From Laetmonice hystrix (taxonomy: Eukaryota): a DNA stretch of 64,000 nt. Shown one piece after another: positions 39,601 to 52,184 of this stretch. The notes under the pieces were generated by a model. The model had not been told where the DNA came from. It did not search any database and was given only the letters and a program-made list of their open reading frames with translations. The stretch spans positions 23,128,001 through 23,192,000 of the forward strand of contig OZ249436.1 of the NCBI GenBank assembly GCA_965235115.1, written 5' to 3'. A program made the translations under genes and the position numbers. Position 1 is the first letter of the stretch, and each line of letters begins with the position of its first letter.

Positions 39601-40701
39601 TAAAACCTAATTTTGGTCGACATTTTAAATAATGTAAAGTTTGATTTAGTGAACATAAACAGATATTTTGAAAACAACTCAGCAAAATTGCAACCTGTGA
39701 TGCCTCTCCACATTGCAGTCACGTGTACATGACTTGATACCTATTTGGTATGCAAATATGTGTGCCAGTCGCAGGGGTAGACCATTGTTAGAAGCTCTAT
39801 TGTTTGGTCTTTTGTTTTGCGACTCACTGACGTGTGAAGAAATGGAAGTAGCGTAGCTTTGCCTGCATGAAAGCAGGTCCCTGTCGATATTATCTGGGTT
39901 ACCTTTTAGGAAAGTAGGCCTATGAGCGCAATGAAATGCCGGCAACCACCCGAGCTGCAAAGCTATGCTACGGGGTCGGACACACACAAAAAAATTGAAA
40001 ATTGAAAGAAAACTTCATTTCCCTACATTCTGAGAACACAAATGTACAATTTCCTGGTGTCGAACTATCACATGTGGCCCTGATACGTTCTTCATGTCAG
40101 GGCCGTAGCCTGCGGGGGGGGGGGGGGGGGCATTTTTTGTAACCGAGACCCCAGCTCCACCGGCGCAATGACGCTCTATCACTCGGTAGGCCAATCTGGT
40201 TAATGATTTTGGGGCAGCCTACGGACCTTCTCTTCAAACCTCCGTAACGCCACCCCGAGCCTGAATACGCAACTCCCAGAACTAATCCCCCTAGCAAAAT
40301 CAACCCGAATCCAGGCCATCATACGCAACTCCAAGCTACAATGAGGGACTTGAGACGCATGCGCAACGGCGCATTCCGGTAATATCCGCCTGGCGGCAGC
40401 ACTGTCAACCCGGTCCTCTTGGCCACATATTAGTATGACGTTAGATAGGACGACGAAATGCTAATCTGTGGCAGGGTGCGTTTAGACTACTTGTTATGAA
40501 AAATAATAACGTGATAGGCTTTACGTTGAAGAACTCGCTCATAGGCACAATACCTTGAGCCGGGTATCCATTACCACGTCTCCGTCACCGTCGATCCCCA
40601 CGTTAAAACCTATAACCTATTCCTCATCTCCTGATTTCCTCCACGTTGTTGCAAAGTGCTAGAACCTCCTATACAACCAGCTTCAGCTAACCAATCAACT
40701 A

Positions 40702-41142
40702 CACTGTGGACTACCAGACGAGGGTAATTTCAGTAACCCTCGTCAAATGGCGGAGGAGAAATATCTCGCTTTGGGAAGTTCTCCCCTTTTTTCTTCTATT
40801 TTTCTCCTATTTCGAGTGACCTCAAAAGTAGTCAGAATGTGCTAAATGTACCGAGTGCGCTGTCCTTGCGTAGTTGTTGGCAGAGGCCGAGGAAATACCA
40901 CATAAAGTTCGAGTCCCAGACGAGGGTTCTCCGAATGACCGCTATTTTCTCGGCCTCTCCCAAAAGCTACGCAAGGACATCGCAGTCAGTAGGCCTACAT
41001 TTAGCACATTCTGACTACTTTTGCGGTCATACGGAGAACTCTAAATAGGAGTGAGAAAAAGGGGGAGAATTTCCTGAAGCGAAAGATTGCTCCTAATTTG
41101 ACGAGGGTTACTGAAATTACCTTCGTCCGGTTGTCCACAGTG
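40702..41142. mobile_element. Near-fully palindromic MITE with CAC...GTG termini
   Basis: CACTGTGGAC..GACGAGGGTAATTTCAGTAACCCTCGTCAAAT pairs with ATTTGACGAGGGTTACTGAAATTACCTTCGTC..GTCCACAGTG. Inner arms also pair (CAAAAGTAGTCAGAATGTGCTAAATGTA and TACATTTAGCACATTCTGACTACTTTTG). Confidence 0.85.
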
Positions 41143-41233
41143 AAGCGTTGGCTGTGCTACGGTGTTTTAAGAGCGGTGCGCCCCGCTCCCGGGTGCCGGG
41201 TAGGGGAGGCGGATGTCGCACCCGGTTCTGGCG

Positions 41234-42060
41234 TAGTACGGCGGCCCAAAACTACAAAGTCTGCTGCACAGTACGTAATGATGCGTACCACGGCAAACTG
41301 GTGTGCTTCACACTCGTATACTCTTCTGCACCACAGCAAAAATGCTCGGCTACACGGTACTTTCTGCTGTTCAACAGCAAAACTGTTCTGCTACACGGGT
41401 CCTTTCTGCTGCTCTGCAGTAGAAGTGCTGCGCCGCACGGATACTCTGTGCTGCTCCACGCCCAAGTGAGATACTGCACACCAGTTGGAGGTGTTCCACG
41501 GTGTCTAGGTCCGTTAGTCCGACAGCCCAATAGACCGACAGCCCACTTTGGCCGTCGGACCAATGGACTGTCAGACCAACGGGAAAATATAACTAACCCT
41601 AAACATAACCTTAACTCTAATCCATAGGGTGTCGGACCAATGGGCTGTCGGACCAATGGGCTGGGCCCTCCGGTGTGGGCCCATTGGTCTGACAGCCCAT
41701 TGGTCCGACACCCTATGGGTTAGAGTTAAGGTTAGGTTTAGGGTTAGTTATATTTTCCCATTGGTCCGACAGTCCATTTAGCACACCGTGAAGCACACTA
41801 CTTGGTGTGCCGCACCACAGAGGTTTTGTGACGCAGACTAGTTTGCCCGTGGAGCACTATGAATTTACCGTGCAGTGCACAAATTTAACTGTGGAGCAGC
41901 ACAAGTAGCCGTGCAGCAGAGCATTTTAGCTGTGCCGCAGCAGAAAACATCCGTGCCGCACCACATTTATGTGTCGCGCCACATCGGTACATCAGCTTGC
42001 CGTGCAGCAAGGCATTTTGGTACTGTGCATCACACTTTGTAGTTTTGGGCCACCGTACTA
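41234..42060. mobile_element. TIR MITE with GCAC/GTGC-rich arms
   Basis: TAGTACGGCGGCCCAAAACTACAAAGT and ACTTTGTAGTTTTGGGCCACCGTACTA. No clear TSD. Confidence 0.8.
41505..41779. mobile_element. Nested palindromic element with GTCGGACCAATGG motifs and degenerate TAACCC-like tracts
   Basis: ~41550-41660 is inverted at ~41678-41778. Confidence 0.7.
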
Positions 42061-44359
42061 GCAGTCATCGGGAGGGGGGGGGGGGGTCTGGAACGGGGTT
42101 GTCGGGACGTCCCGACCGGCGGGAGGGGCTGCCATCGCTACCGCTGGCACACACTCATTTTGAACTCGCAATTTTCATAAACAGCGCTACGAACCGTATC
42201 AAAGTAGCCACTTTTTCAGAGAAATAATTTCAAAATTTCACGATCAGCTACGAATGGCCAATCGTTCGTAACGGATCGCACGACAGTGGGAACCTAGCAT
42301 GAAATGTCACGTTTGGATACGAGGTGATTGTCCTGATTGAGTCCACGATTGGGTCCCGATCTAACACGATCATCACGATCGGGGTCCCCGATTTGGGACG
42401 ATCTGGTACGTGCAGATAAGTTCTGATATGTTCGGATACGATCATCACGATCCAATACGATCTGATGCGATGATCACGATTGACAATTAATCGTGTTGAT
42501 CGTAGAAAATTGTTGAACCGGCGAAAACTTTTCTACCATCAACACGATTGCCACGACTAACCTCAAGATCTGATAAGATCTGATAGAATCACCACGATTA
42601 CTCCACGATTAGACTACGATTTCAATCGTAGCGTGAATCGTAATAGTGGGAGCATCAAAGCGAAATTCATGCAATAACCAGACCCACTCATGCCAAGTTC
42701 GCTTATCGCATTTCCCCGTGCGAACTAAAGTTCGCTTGTAAATCGCTTCAGTGGATCGCGGCCATCAGGCATCATTATCTCATTAGTAATATTGACGAGA
42801 TGAAGATCGGCGTGTCTCCGATTGGATGGCAAACATCGGCGGGAGACGGCGGGGCTCGTGCCAAATTAAACATCAGTTCCTTAACGCCAGTCAATAGGGG
42901 ACTTCCGTCAGCCCAATAACACCAACTGCCAAGTGGCATGCTTGTAGCTGGACGTCTGATGGTCCAAATTGACAATAAATCACTCGGATCACTTGACCGG
43001 AGAATTGCATTTCCTGGCGTGAACGATTCAAAAGCGAGGCGATTCCCTGCGGACGAGGTCATAAATGACAACCAAGGTCTGCTGACGTCATAAACATACA
43101 ACTGTAACTAAATCACTCTCCACAGCAAGTCAATTGTGTCATAAATGAATCAGTGGGACCGCCAAGGTCGTAACTTGCCGGGGAAGACTCCTAATTAGAT
43201 CGGAGCATCTTGAGATCGATTCTGGGCGGTATTAGGCCTAGATCTGCCTGGATATTTACGCCGAGGAACGCATCTGTGAGCCTTGTAACCATGATAATTT
43301 TAGTAACAATTCCATTTATATACATGTGAAAGTGAAAAACTTTTAGATATTCCTATAGATAGTGTATATTTAGTCGACAAAAGGACGACCGTGCTCATGC
43401 GCAGTAACCCTCAATCAACTTCCACTTCCGGGGATCTATGGTTAGATCCAAAGAGTTAAGGAGAAGGCTAGGGATAACACTATACTTCGCATAATGGTCA
43501 AATACACTGCCATTACTTTAACGCTGCCTCAGATAATATATCAGCTGGTCCTTCCATGAAATTCCACCATTAATTAAAAAATCGCATGGCCGTCGCAAGG
43601 GGAATCGGCTTAGTGGATAAGGCCCTTTAGAGCTAGTGTGAGATTCAAAATAGACACTCGAAAAATCCCCGGTTTTACTTTCATTGGTAGGTCACTTTCA
43701 ATGAGTCTACCACTGGTTGACGTACCGTAAATTCAGTGGCCAGTCGTTGGTCACACGGCTCAAGACTCACGATCACCCGTCGGAACTTTGGCTTTGTGCC
43801 CCTTGACCTGGTCCGCGGTTTGTGCGCACATGTGTGCTCGGCAATTGTGTTCATCACTCCACTTGTGACAGCGGCGTGGCTGGTAATTGACGTGGGCCGC
43901 CGGTGCTTGTGACACTGACGCGAGTTGCCGGGCCGGAGCAGCACTCAGTGGACTTGGACAGAGTGGGTCGGAGATAATGACCAAAACCGGCCGACCCAGG
44001 TGTCAGAGGACCAGGAACCCGCAGAAGTCAATTCTCTGAACGGTCTGGAATGGGCCGTTTCTTGGCGAACGGCCAACAGTGTGACACAGGAGTTAGCTAT
44101 GGCAACATAAAGGGCCACATGTTAAGTTCATTTCCGTATCAACCCATATCAACCCATTTTGTCAATAGACCGTTTTCCAAACAAGCCGCCACTGTTGCTA
44201 CAGGCACAACATCGATCGTTGCAGAGTGGTGTGACAAAAGTCGTGGTAAAAAATTAATGACTAAAGTGATGTCCTCAAGAACCTTTGGTGGTGACCTTTG
44301 ACAAAAGTTGTAAAAATGACAAAAGATTTAGATTGTGGATCTAAGCCAGACCTTCTGAT

Positions 44360-45139
44360 TCTATTTGAACTCAGACATCGAGAGAATGTTACGGGTACTC
44401 GCATCTAATCTATTCCATTTTCTAGCTCCTTTATAGTAAATACTCCTCTCATAAGTTTTATTTTTAGCTATTTCCATTTTAAGTCTTACGGCATCATGAG
44501 CCCTCGTACCTATGATATTGGTGTCGACATAAACATCATTATCCTTTCTGAAATATACATAAAGTTTCGTAGGTGCACAAGTCTTCTGTTTTCCAGTAGG
44601 GGAACTCCAGCTTGAATATGCAATACATAACGGGATTTTCTTGGATGTGATTTTAGGCATATCCTAAGAGCTCTGTTTTGTAATACCTGTAATTTATTTA
44701 GGACTTTCAAATGAGTATCCATGTAGAAGATGTCGCCATAGTCAAAGTATGGGAGTATCTTAGATTTGAAAATAGTTCACGCCATGTTGGTCGTTAAGTA
44801 CTTTCTTATTTTTGCCAGTAAATAAATTTCATGCGCCCCTAGACTGAGAACAGAATTTGCATGTTTTTCAAAGTTTAGATTGTGATCCAAAATTATGCCT
44901 AAATATTTATAGCTGTCCACATTGTGTATGTTTTCTTGACCTAGTGAAATTCTAGGTAAATTCTTTGTTTTTGTAAATTTCTTTGTTCCAAACATAACTG
45001 ATTTAGTTTTACCAATGTTAATAGAGAGTTGGGAGTTTTCACACCAGCATACAAGCCTGTTAATATCAGCCTGTACTAATCTGTAAGCATCTGGAACATT
45101 TCCAGCATGTGCATAGATTACTGTGTCGTCCGCGTGTAA
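44360..45139 (-). pseudogene. CR1/L2-group LINE ORF2 remnant, 3' part
   Basis: HADDTVIY..INIGKTKSVMFG..VDSYKYLGIILDHNLNFEKH..ILPYFDYGDIFY..LQVLQNRALRI, with stops and frameshifts. Confidence 0.9.
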
Positions 45140-46772
45140 TTATGCCATCCCCCTACAGGGGATTTATGTAACTCTTGAACGATTTGAGACAGAGCCATAA
45201 TTGTTCCTGAATACACACCTTGACCATGACAAAGAAAGGTCATACAATCAGTCATGACGTCACGTCATGACGTCATGACGTCAAACGTGATTTGTAGATT
45301 GAGGCCATTGTTAAGCTCATATTGAGAATTTCTTCTTCTTCTTTTTCTTCTTCTTCTTCTTCTTCTTCTTCTTCTTCTTCTTCTTCTTCTTCTTCTTCTT
45401 CTTCTTCTTCTTCTTCTTCTTCTTCATTTTTTGGTAAAATTTGACAATATTAGGCGGGAACACTCTCTAACAAGTGCCTTAATAGAATCATCCAGGGATA
45501 AGCGGTTTGACCTATATTCGCTGAATCACGTGACCTTGAAGTTTTCAACAGTGGTCAGTCTAGCTATCTATGGCTACAACTTCTAAACAGTGCCAGATAG
45601 GGCCATAGTTAATATTGAAGACGAATAGGAAGTCCTATATGCTCTTTCTTTTAGCACCATTATTTTTCAGGTCACGTGACCTGTGACGTCATAACGATGT
45701 TAACCATACTTTCTCAGGGATATAACTTGTAAATGGTTGAAGTCACAGCCATAGTTACTATTAAACACTAATAGGAAGTCATATATGCTCTTTCATTTTG
45801 CACCATTATTTTTCAGGTCACGTGACCTATGACGTTATAATGATGTCATCCATATTTTCTCAGGGATAGAACTTGTAATTGGTTGAAGTTAGAGCCATGG
45901 TTACTATTAGACACTAATGGGAAGTCATTATGCTCTGTCATTTGGATCATTATTTTTTAGGTCACGTGACCTATGACGTCATAACGATGTCATCCATATT
46001 GTCTCAGGGATATCACTTGTTAATGGTTGAGGTTAGAACCAGAATTACTATTAAACACTAATAGGAAGTTACATATGCTCTTTCATTTGTCATAATGACA
46101 TAATTTGCATCTTCTAAGGCTTATAAGTCGTCACGGGTGCATGATAGCACCATTGTTATCGCTTCTCTTAAAGAAAATATGTCGCGGGGGGTATCGACCG
46201 AAATCTTCAGTTTTCTGCTTACCTGCTCACCACTGACGAACTTTATGGCACTGATTGTTTTTCATATTGATTCTGTTAACACATACTACGAGTAGACAGC
46301 TGTGAAATTTTCCCTAATGTAGAAAAATGAATAAAATTAGCTGTGTGTCCACAAAGTGCGATGAATCCGCCATTTTGGCCCCCTTCGGCTGCCGCGAATC
46401 GTTTGAACGGGCCCCATGATCACGTGACTCTCGCTGTGATTACTCGAGATGTAAACACGCGCTATAATGGCCCATGCGCTGATCGTGTGAAAAGGGTGCA
46501 AAACACAGCTGGCTGCATATCCCGGGGCCTCGGAATCTAAGTGTGTCATTTTCAGTGACCGCATTAAGAATTGGCGATTTTTTTTACAAACTACAGGCCA
46601 AAGCTACATAAACAGGTAGGGGAGCTTTGGGTCATATCGGAGAACTGTAATGCAGACATATTTTTGCTGAAACACGACGTATTATTTGAAATTCGTGACA
46701 TATTACCTTTAACGTGTTGGACGGGACACCCCTGGGATGGGATCCATTGTGGTATCACCACAACGTATCTAG
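45140..46772 (+). mobile_element. HINE/Helentron-type element (CCATCCCC family) inserted in the LINE RT domain
   Basis: 5' TTATGCCATCCCC..GGGGAT, (CTT)n at 45330-45425, ~145-bp subrepeats, then 3' GGGATGGGA, hairpin TTGTGG..CCACAA and CTAG|TT. No TSD. Confidence 0.85.
46172..46708 (-). mobile_element. Kolobok-like MITE with TTAA TSD, copy 2, nested in the HINE
   Basis: TTAA at 46168-46171 and 46709-46712. Inverted homolog of 15684-16345. Confidence 0.85.
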
Positions 46773-46975
46773 TTTCGATTTACAGTTAAGTAAGTCATTG
46801 CTAATGTCATTTATATGAGGAAAAGTAAGGGGCCAAGGACAGACCCTTGTGGCACCCCACACGTGACAGGTAGTGACTTAGATTTTATACCATTTGCTAA
46901 CGTGCATTGACTCCGTCCAGACATGTATGATCTGAGCCACTCCAGTGTTTTCCCTTTTATGCCCATGAGCTACTT
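46773..46975 (-). pseudogene. CR1/L2-group LINE ORF2 remnant, 5' part of the RT
   Basis: GIKGKTLEWLRSYMSGRSQC..VTCGVPQGSVLGPLLFLI/INDISNDLLNCKSK joins LHADD at 45139 once the HINE is removed. Confidence 0.9.
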
Positions 46976-47078
46976 TATCCGTTGTGGAGTGACCCTGTCG
47001 GAAGCCGCCTTGGTTCTTGGAGATTTAAGGCGCCGTTGAATGATTTATATTTTTATTGTAGGGATGTATGCGCCCCCA

Positions 47079-47516
47079 TGTGCAGGTCTAAACTGACAAC
47101 TGGTTTAAACTGACAACAGTTGTCAGTTTAGATCCTGGTCTAAACTGACAAATAATGATTACTAGCCGCTGAAATGGTAATCACTAATTTGAACTGATTC
47201 AGATGATGACAGTATCTAACGATAATTGCTCTCTGTGAAAGGCACTATAGAAATAAAGGTTCCACTTATGATTTTCTCTAATAATATTGTTCTTACAGGT
47301 ATTCCAAGTATTTTGTTAGATGCGACACACAAAACAACAAAATGTGCACTGCCAATATTTGATTTGCAATGCCGGCTACATTCCTGTCATGGAGAATCTA
47401 TTCATATTAGTGATTAACATTCCAGCACTATAGTGATCATTATTTGTCAGTTTAGACCTAGATCTAAACTGACAACTGTTGTCAGTTTAAAGCAGTTGTC
47501 AGTTAAGACCTGCACA
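47079..47516. mobile_element. MITE with repeated TAAACTGACAA motifs in its TIRs
   Basis: TGTGCAGGTCTAAACTGACAACTG ... CAGTTGTCAGTTAAGACCTGCACA, ~70-bp inverted arms. Confidence 0.85.
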
Positions 47517-48089
47517 CCTCCTCACTCATCTTAGCTACATGCCTGAGAAAAGGGGCCGTCTGTGCTATAGGGTATGTGTTGTCTTTCCTGAGCAAAGATC
47601 AGCAAGGATACGATCTGGTGGCAAGTGCCAACCCCACATTTGCTATATAGTCCATGAGCCATGCAGATAGGTTGATCGGTACCAGTTTGGGGGGCAAATT
47701 GTCACTAATACCATCTTGTAGTACTACCCAAAGGTAAATAAATTTGGTATGATAGACATTCCAAAGTAGTAGCTTAATGACTGTTTTACAGTGTTTACAT
47801 TTTACCAAGATATGCGCCCATTCATACAAAGGATTTAGCTTATAATGCTCGTAACCATGTAATAAGAATGGCCATAACGGGTTCTATACTTCCTATGAAG
47901 CATAGAATTACTTCCTATCCAATATTATTTGGAGTAAGATTCAAATAAAATGTGTATTTGCATCTCTGAGATTTACTTTTGTATCATTTTAGATGATAGG
48001 ACATGAATTCAATTTGAATTTTCCGTCTGGTTAGTCCTTTCCTACAAAGACGCTGGCATTAATACAAAGAAACGTGATGTATATAAAGA

Positions 48090-50460
48090 CATCTTGTTAC
48101 ATAAGGAACTCCTCGAGAATTTGAAACTGGGGAAAAACAATAAAACACCTGGCTGTGATGGTCTCCCTGCTGAATTTTACAAATTCTTCTGAACAGACAT
48201 CACTTACCTTGTCTTTTCTTCACTAAATTATGCCTACTCTGCTGGACATCTTTCTATTGAGCAGAAGCGTGGAATCATAACCCTAATCCCCCAAAAGGGC
48301 AACAATAAACTATTCATAACTAACTCTACTTAATACTGACTATAAATTGCTTGCTAAAACCCTCACTGCTCGCCTCTGTGCCGTTTTACCAGATCTAGGC
48401 CTATATTATTAGCACGGATCAGACCGCCTATATCAAAGGTCGTTTCATTGGTGAAAATATCCGTGTCATATAGACGATATACTGTCTATTGCACAAACAC
48501 GCGGATTATCCTGCATTATAACTACGGTCGATGTTGAAAAGGCTTGCCATACTGTCTCCTGGACCTTCATCAATAAAACCCTGCAGTCCTTTAATTTTGG
48601 CCATATTTTCCATAACTAGTTTAAATTTTATACAACGACATTACTATATATGTACATCAATATCCAGTAACGGACGTTTAGGTGTCCTCTTTCATCCACA
48701 GAGAGGGATAGGTCAAGGCTGTCCTATTTTAGCTTATTTATTCTTGCTAGTTGCTGAACTCTTAGCTTCCAACATGAGAAAAGATAAAGATGTAAAAAGT
48801 GTCTTTATAAAGGATTACGAAATTAAAATTACTCAAGTTGCTGATGATACTACACTAATCCTTGATTGCGAGTCCCTCAAGAATGCTCTTAAAATCTTAG
48901 ACCTATTTTACCAATGCGCAGGCTTAAAAATTAATTTAACCAGAACAGTGGCAAAATTGATAAATTCTCCACCAAATATAAACTCAAATCTTTTTGGTAT
49001 TACATGGACCAACGGAAATATACAGTCCCTTGGTGTTATTTTTGTACGCAATGAGTTTGGCTCAAATAATTAGCGTGCCCAAAAATGTTATCGTTGAAGT
49101 AGAAAACTGTTATATGACTTTTTATGGAGTGGTGACAGTTCAAAGGTTGCCAAAAGTGTCATCACTCAAACGATAGATAATGGTGGTTTGAAAATTTGGA
49201 TTTTGCAAATAAAATTAAAGGGTTACGACTGTCTTGGATTAACCGTTTACTACATGACCACAAATCCAGCTGGACAACCACAGCCAGGTCTCTCTTAAAC
49301 CTACCTGAACACAAAACCATTTCTTTCTTTCAATATGACTACAGATATTGTGACTTAAAAGCGCTGCCTCCTTTTTATAGCGAGTTTTTAAGCTTCTGGA
49401 ACGATATAAAGAATGTACTTTACATTTCTGACTTACTAACCACTGACTCAGGTTTCGTATCACATACTGATCTCCATACCAAGAGAGTCCGATGTAACTT
49501 TCTAGACATATTACAAATACGTCAATGTATACCGTCTGAGTGGAAGGTTATCCTATTTAAAGATTCCAACAAATATTTTAATATAAGTCATGACAGAAAT
49601 CTATATCTTATCCTATGACATCATTTGGATGGGTGGGTATTTGGGGTTTTACGCCTTGCAACAGCCAGGGTCATATCACGGCGGTGAAGATGATGATGAA
49701 AGTCAGTTTTTCTTGGTGGAAGAAACCGGAGTACCCGGAGGAAACCACCAGCCATAGGGAAGGAACTGATGACAAACCTTTCACACATGCAGCCCAGGCC
49801 GGGGATCGAACCCGGGTCCCAGTGGTGTGAGGCGATGACCCTAGGTGTCATGAGCCAACACCTTAGACCATTCGGTCACCCGAGGCCCCCCTCTGACATC
49901 GTTTATTTCTCAAGCAAGAAATACTACGATCTGTTGGTTCAAAATGCTGCCAGAACACCTTTGGGCGTTATACGCTGGAGTAAAATATTTCCTCAACTGC
50001 AGTTATCCGAATGGACTAGAATATTCAGATTACATTTTCTCCATAATAAGAGAGATCGCCTTCCAAATATTTCAATATAGAATTATTCATAAAATTATAC
50101 CATCTAAAAAATGGTTATTTATAATCAGGAAGAAAGTCTCCTCTTTATTCAGCTTTTATAAAGAAACCGATACAATCCAGCATTTATTGTTTTATTGTGG
50201 AGCGCTTATGGCAATGCATGGCTTATAACTATGACCGATGTTCTTATAAATTTTAGTGAGGAGCAAATGTTATTTGGCATCCTACAAGAAGGGTCAAATA
50301 ACGACCTCCTTTTAGAAATTGTTAAATTGTTGAATTATGTTATACTAAATGCTAAATTCTTTATAATAGAAAATGAACAACTGTGAAACGTTGTATCTAT
50401 GCAAGTTCAAAAACTTTCTAAAAACTAAATTAACAATAGAAAGGTATATTCCTCAAAGAG
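48090..50460 (+). pseudogene. Decayed Tx1/L1-type LINE ORF2 (RT and C-terminal zinc-finger region)
   Basis: KTPGCDGLPAEFYKFF, GIITLIP, ITLLNTDYKLLAK, DQTAYIKGRFIGENIR, GIGQGCPI, QVADDTTL, FQYRIIHKI..ETDTIQHLLFYC, with many stops and frameshifts. Confidence 0.92.
49627..49889 (-). mobile_element. tRNA-derived SINE with V-domain-like core, inserted in the Tx1 LINE
   Basis: A-box TGACCGAATGG, B-box GGTTCGATCCC, core GGTTTCCTCCGGGTACTCCGGTTTCTTCCAC. ~15-bp TSD CCT(A/C)TGACATC(A/G)TTT at 49612-49626 and 49890-49904. Confidence 0.9.
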
Positions 50461-50654
50461 GGCAAAAAGGCATAATGTCTGACAGAACTGCAACTTAAGT
50501 ACTCTTTGTTTCATAACAATAATGTTCACATGTGTTAAGGCATAGGCCTATCTGGCTCATGGACTATAATACTATATTACTATATTATGACCTATGACCT
50601 ATATTACTATATTATGACCTATGACCAGCTCACTTGTTTGTCATTCACGTTCAC

Positions 50655-51641
50655 GTTCCCTACTGGTTGGTCAGTTAACGTCCCCACTGGTTGGTCCCCA
50701 CTGGTTGGTCGGCTAACGTCCCTACTGGTTGGGCGCTCAAGGTTCCTACTGGTTGTTCGGTGAGTGTCCCCACCGGTTGGTCGGTCAGTGCCCCCCCCCA
50801 CTGGTTGGCCGGTGAGCAGTGCCCCCCCCCCACACTCGTTGGCCGGTGAGTGTCCCTACCCCACTGGTTGGTCGGTGAGTGCCCCCCACTGGTTGGTCGG
50901 TGAGTGCCCCCCTACTGGTTGGTCGGTGAGTGTCCCCCACCGGTTGGTCGGTGAGTGCCCCCCCCCCCCACCGGTTGGTCGGTGAACGTCCCCATTGGTT
51001 GGTCGGTGAACGTCCCCATTGGTTGGTCGGTGACTGTCCCCCACTGGTTGGTCGGTGAACGTCCCCACTGGTTGGTCGGTGAACGTCCCCACTGGTTGGT
51101 CGGTGGGTGTCCCCCACCGGTTGGTCGGTGAGTGTCCCCCACTGGTTGGTCGGTGAACGTCCCCACTGGTTGGTCGGTGAGTGTCCCCCACTGGTTGGTC
51201 GGTGAACGTCCCCACTGGTTGGTCGGTGAGTGTCTCCCACTGGTCGGTCGGTGAGTGTCCCCACTGGTTGGTCGGTGAACGTCCCCACTGGTCGGTCGGT
51301 GAGTGTCCCCCACTGGTTGGTCGGTGCATGAGTGTCCCCCACTGGTTGGTCGGTGAACGTCCCCACTGGTTGGTCGGTGAGTGTCCCCCACTGGTTGGTC
51401 GGTGCATGAGTGTCCCCCACTGGTTGGTCGATGAACGTCCCCACTGGTTGGTCGGTGCGTGTCCCCCACTGGTTGGTCGGTGAACGTCTCCATTGGTTGG
51501 TCGGTGAGTGTCCCCCACTGGTTGGTCGGTGAACGTCCCCACTGGTTGGTCGGTGAACGTTCGGTGAGTGTCCCCCACTGGATGGTCGGTGAACGTCCCG
51601 ACTGGTTGGTCGGTGAGTGTCCCCCACTGGTTGGTCGGTGA
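50655..51641. repeat. 24/25-bp minisatellite with two unit types
   Basis: Units CCCCACTGGTTGGTCGGTGAACGT and CCCCCACTGGTTGGTCGGTGAGTGT; more degenerate at the left edge. Confidence 0.95.
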
Positions 51642-52184
51642 ACTCGGCCTATCGGCAAGGCTATGCTCATGAGAGATTTTGCCTATACCTTCAGCCATTG
51701 AGTGCAATGAATTAAGCTCAAGTCCTTCTACAAAGCAGATTCAGGTGATTTTTCAAACGAAGCGGGCACTTCGACATCGTCACGGCCGGCGGCCATTTTA
51801 AATAAACACAGGGAGCAGCTAATATCTTAGAAGGGGGCCTGGATCTCGGGCCATAATGGAGGAGTGCTTGGTCCTTGTGTGATGATATGTTCCCCTACTG
51901 GCCTTCAGTGCGCATGCGCAAACATAGCGGGCAACGGAAATCAAACTGCTCGGTTCGCATTTTTTAAACGTCTGATTTATTTAATATATGGGATAAAAAC
52001 CAAAAAAAGTGAGCAGTGGAGCGATTTGATGAGAAGGAATACACCAATTCGATCAAACGGCATGATTCACGACGAATTGTCCACAGCGGTTAGTTCGCAT
52101 TGGAGGTATATTTTTAAGGACCGGCGATGTCCCTGTTTGCTGGCAACTGGGACGACACTCAGTCAAGGTCGGGCGGTGACCACC

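Noticed and set aside
41585..41760. Interstitial telomere
   Set aside because: Only short degenerate TAACCC-like tracts inside a palindromic repeat element.
50785..51707. ORFs of 250-283 aa on the minus strand
   Set aside because: Same artefact, from the 24/25-bp minisatellite.
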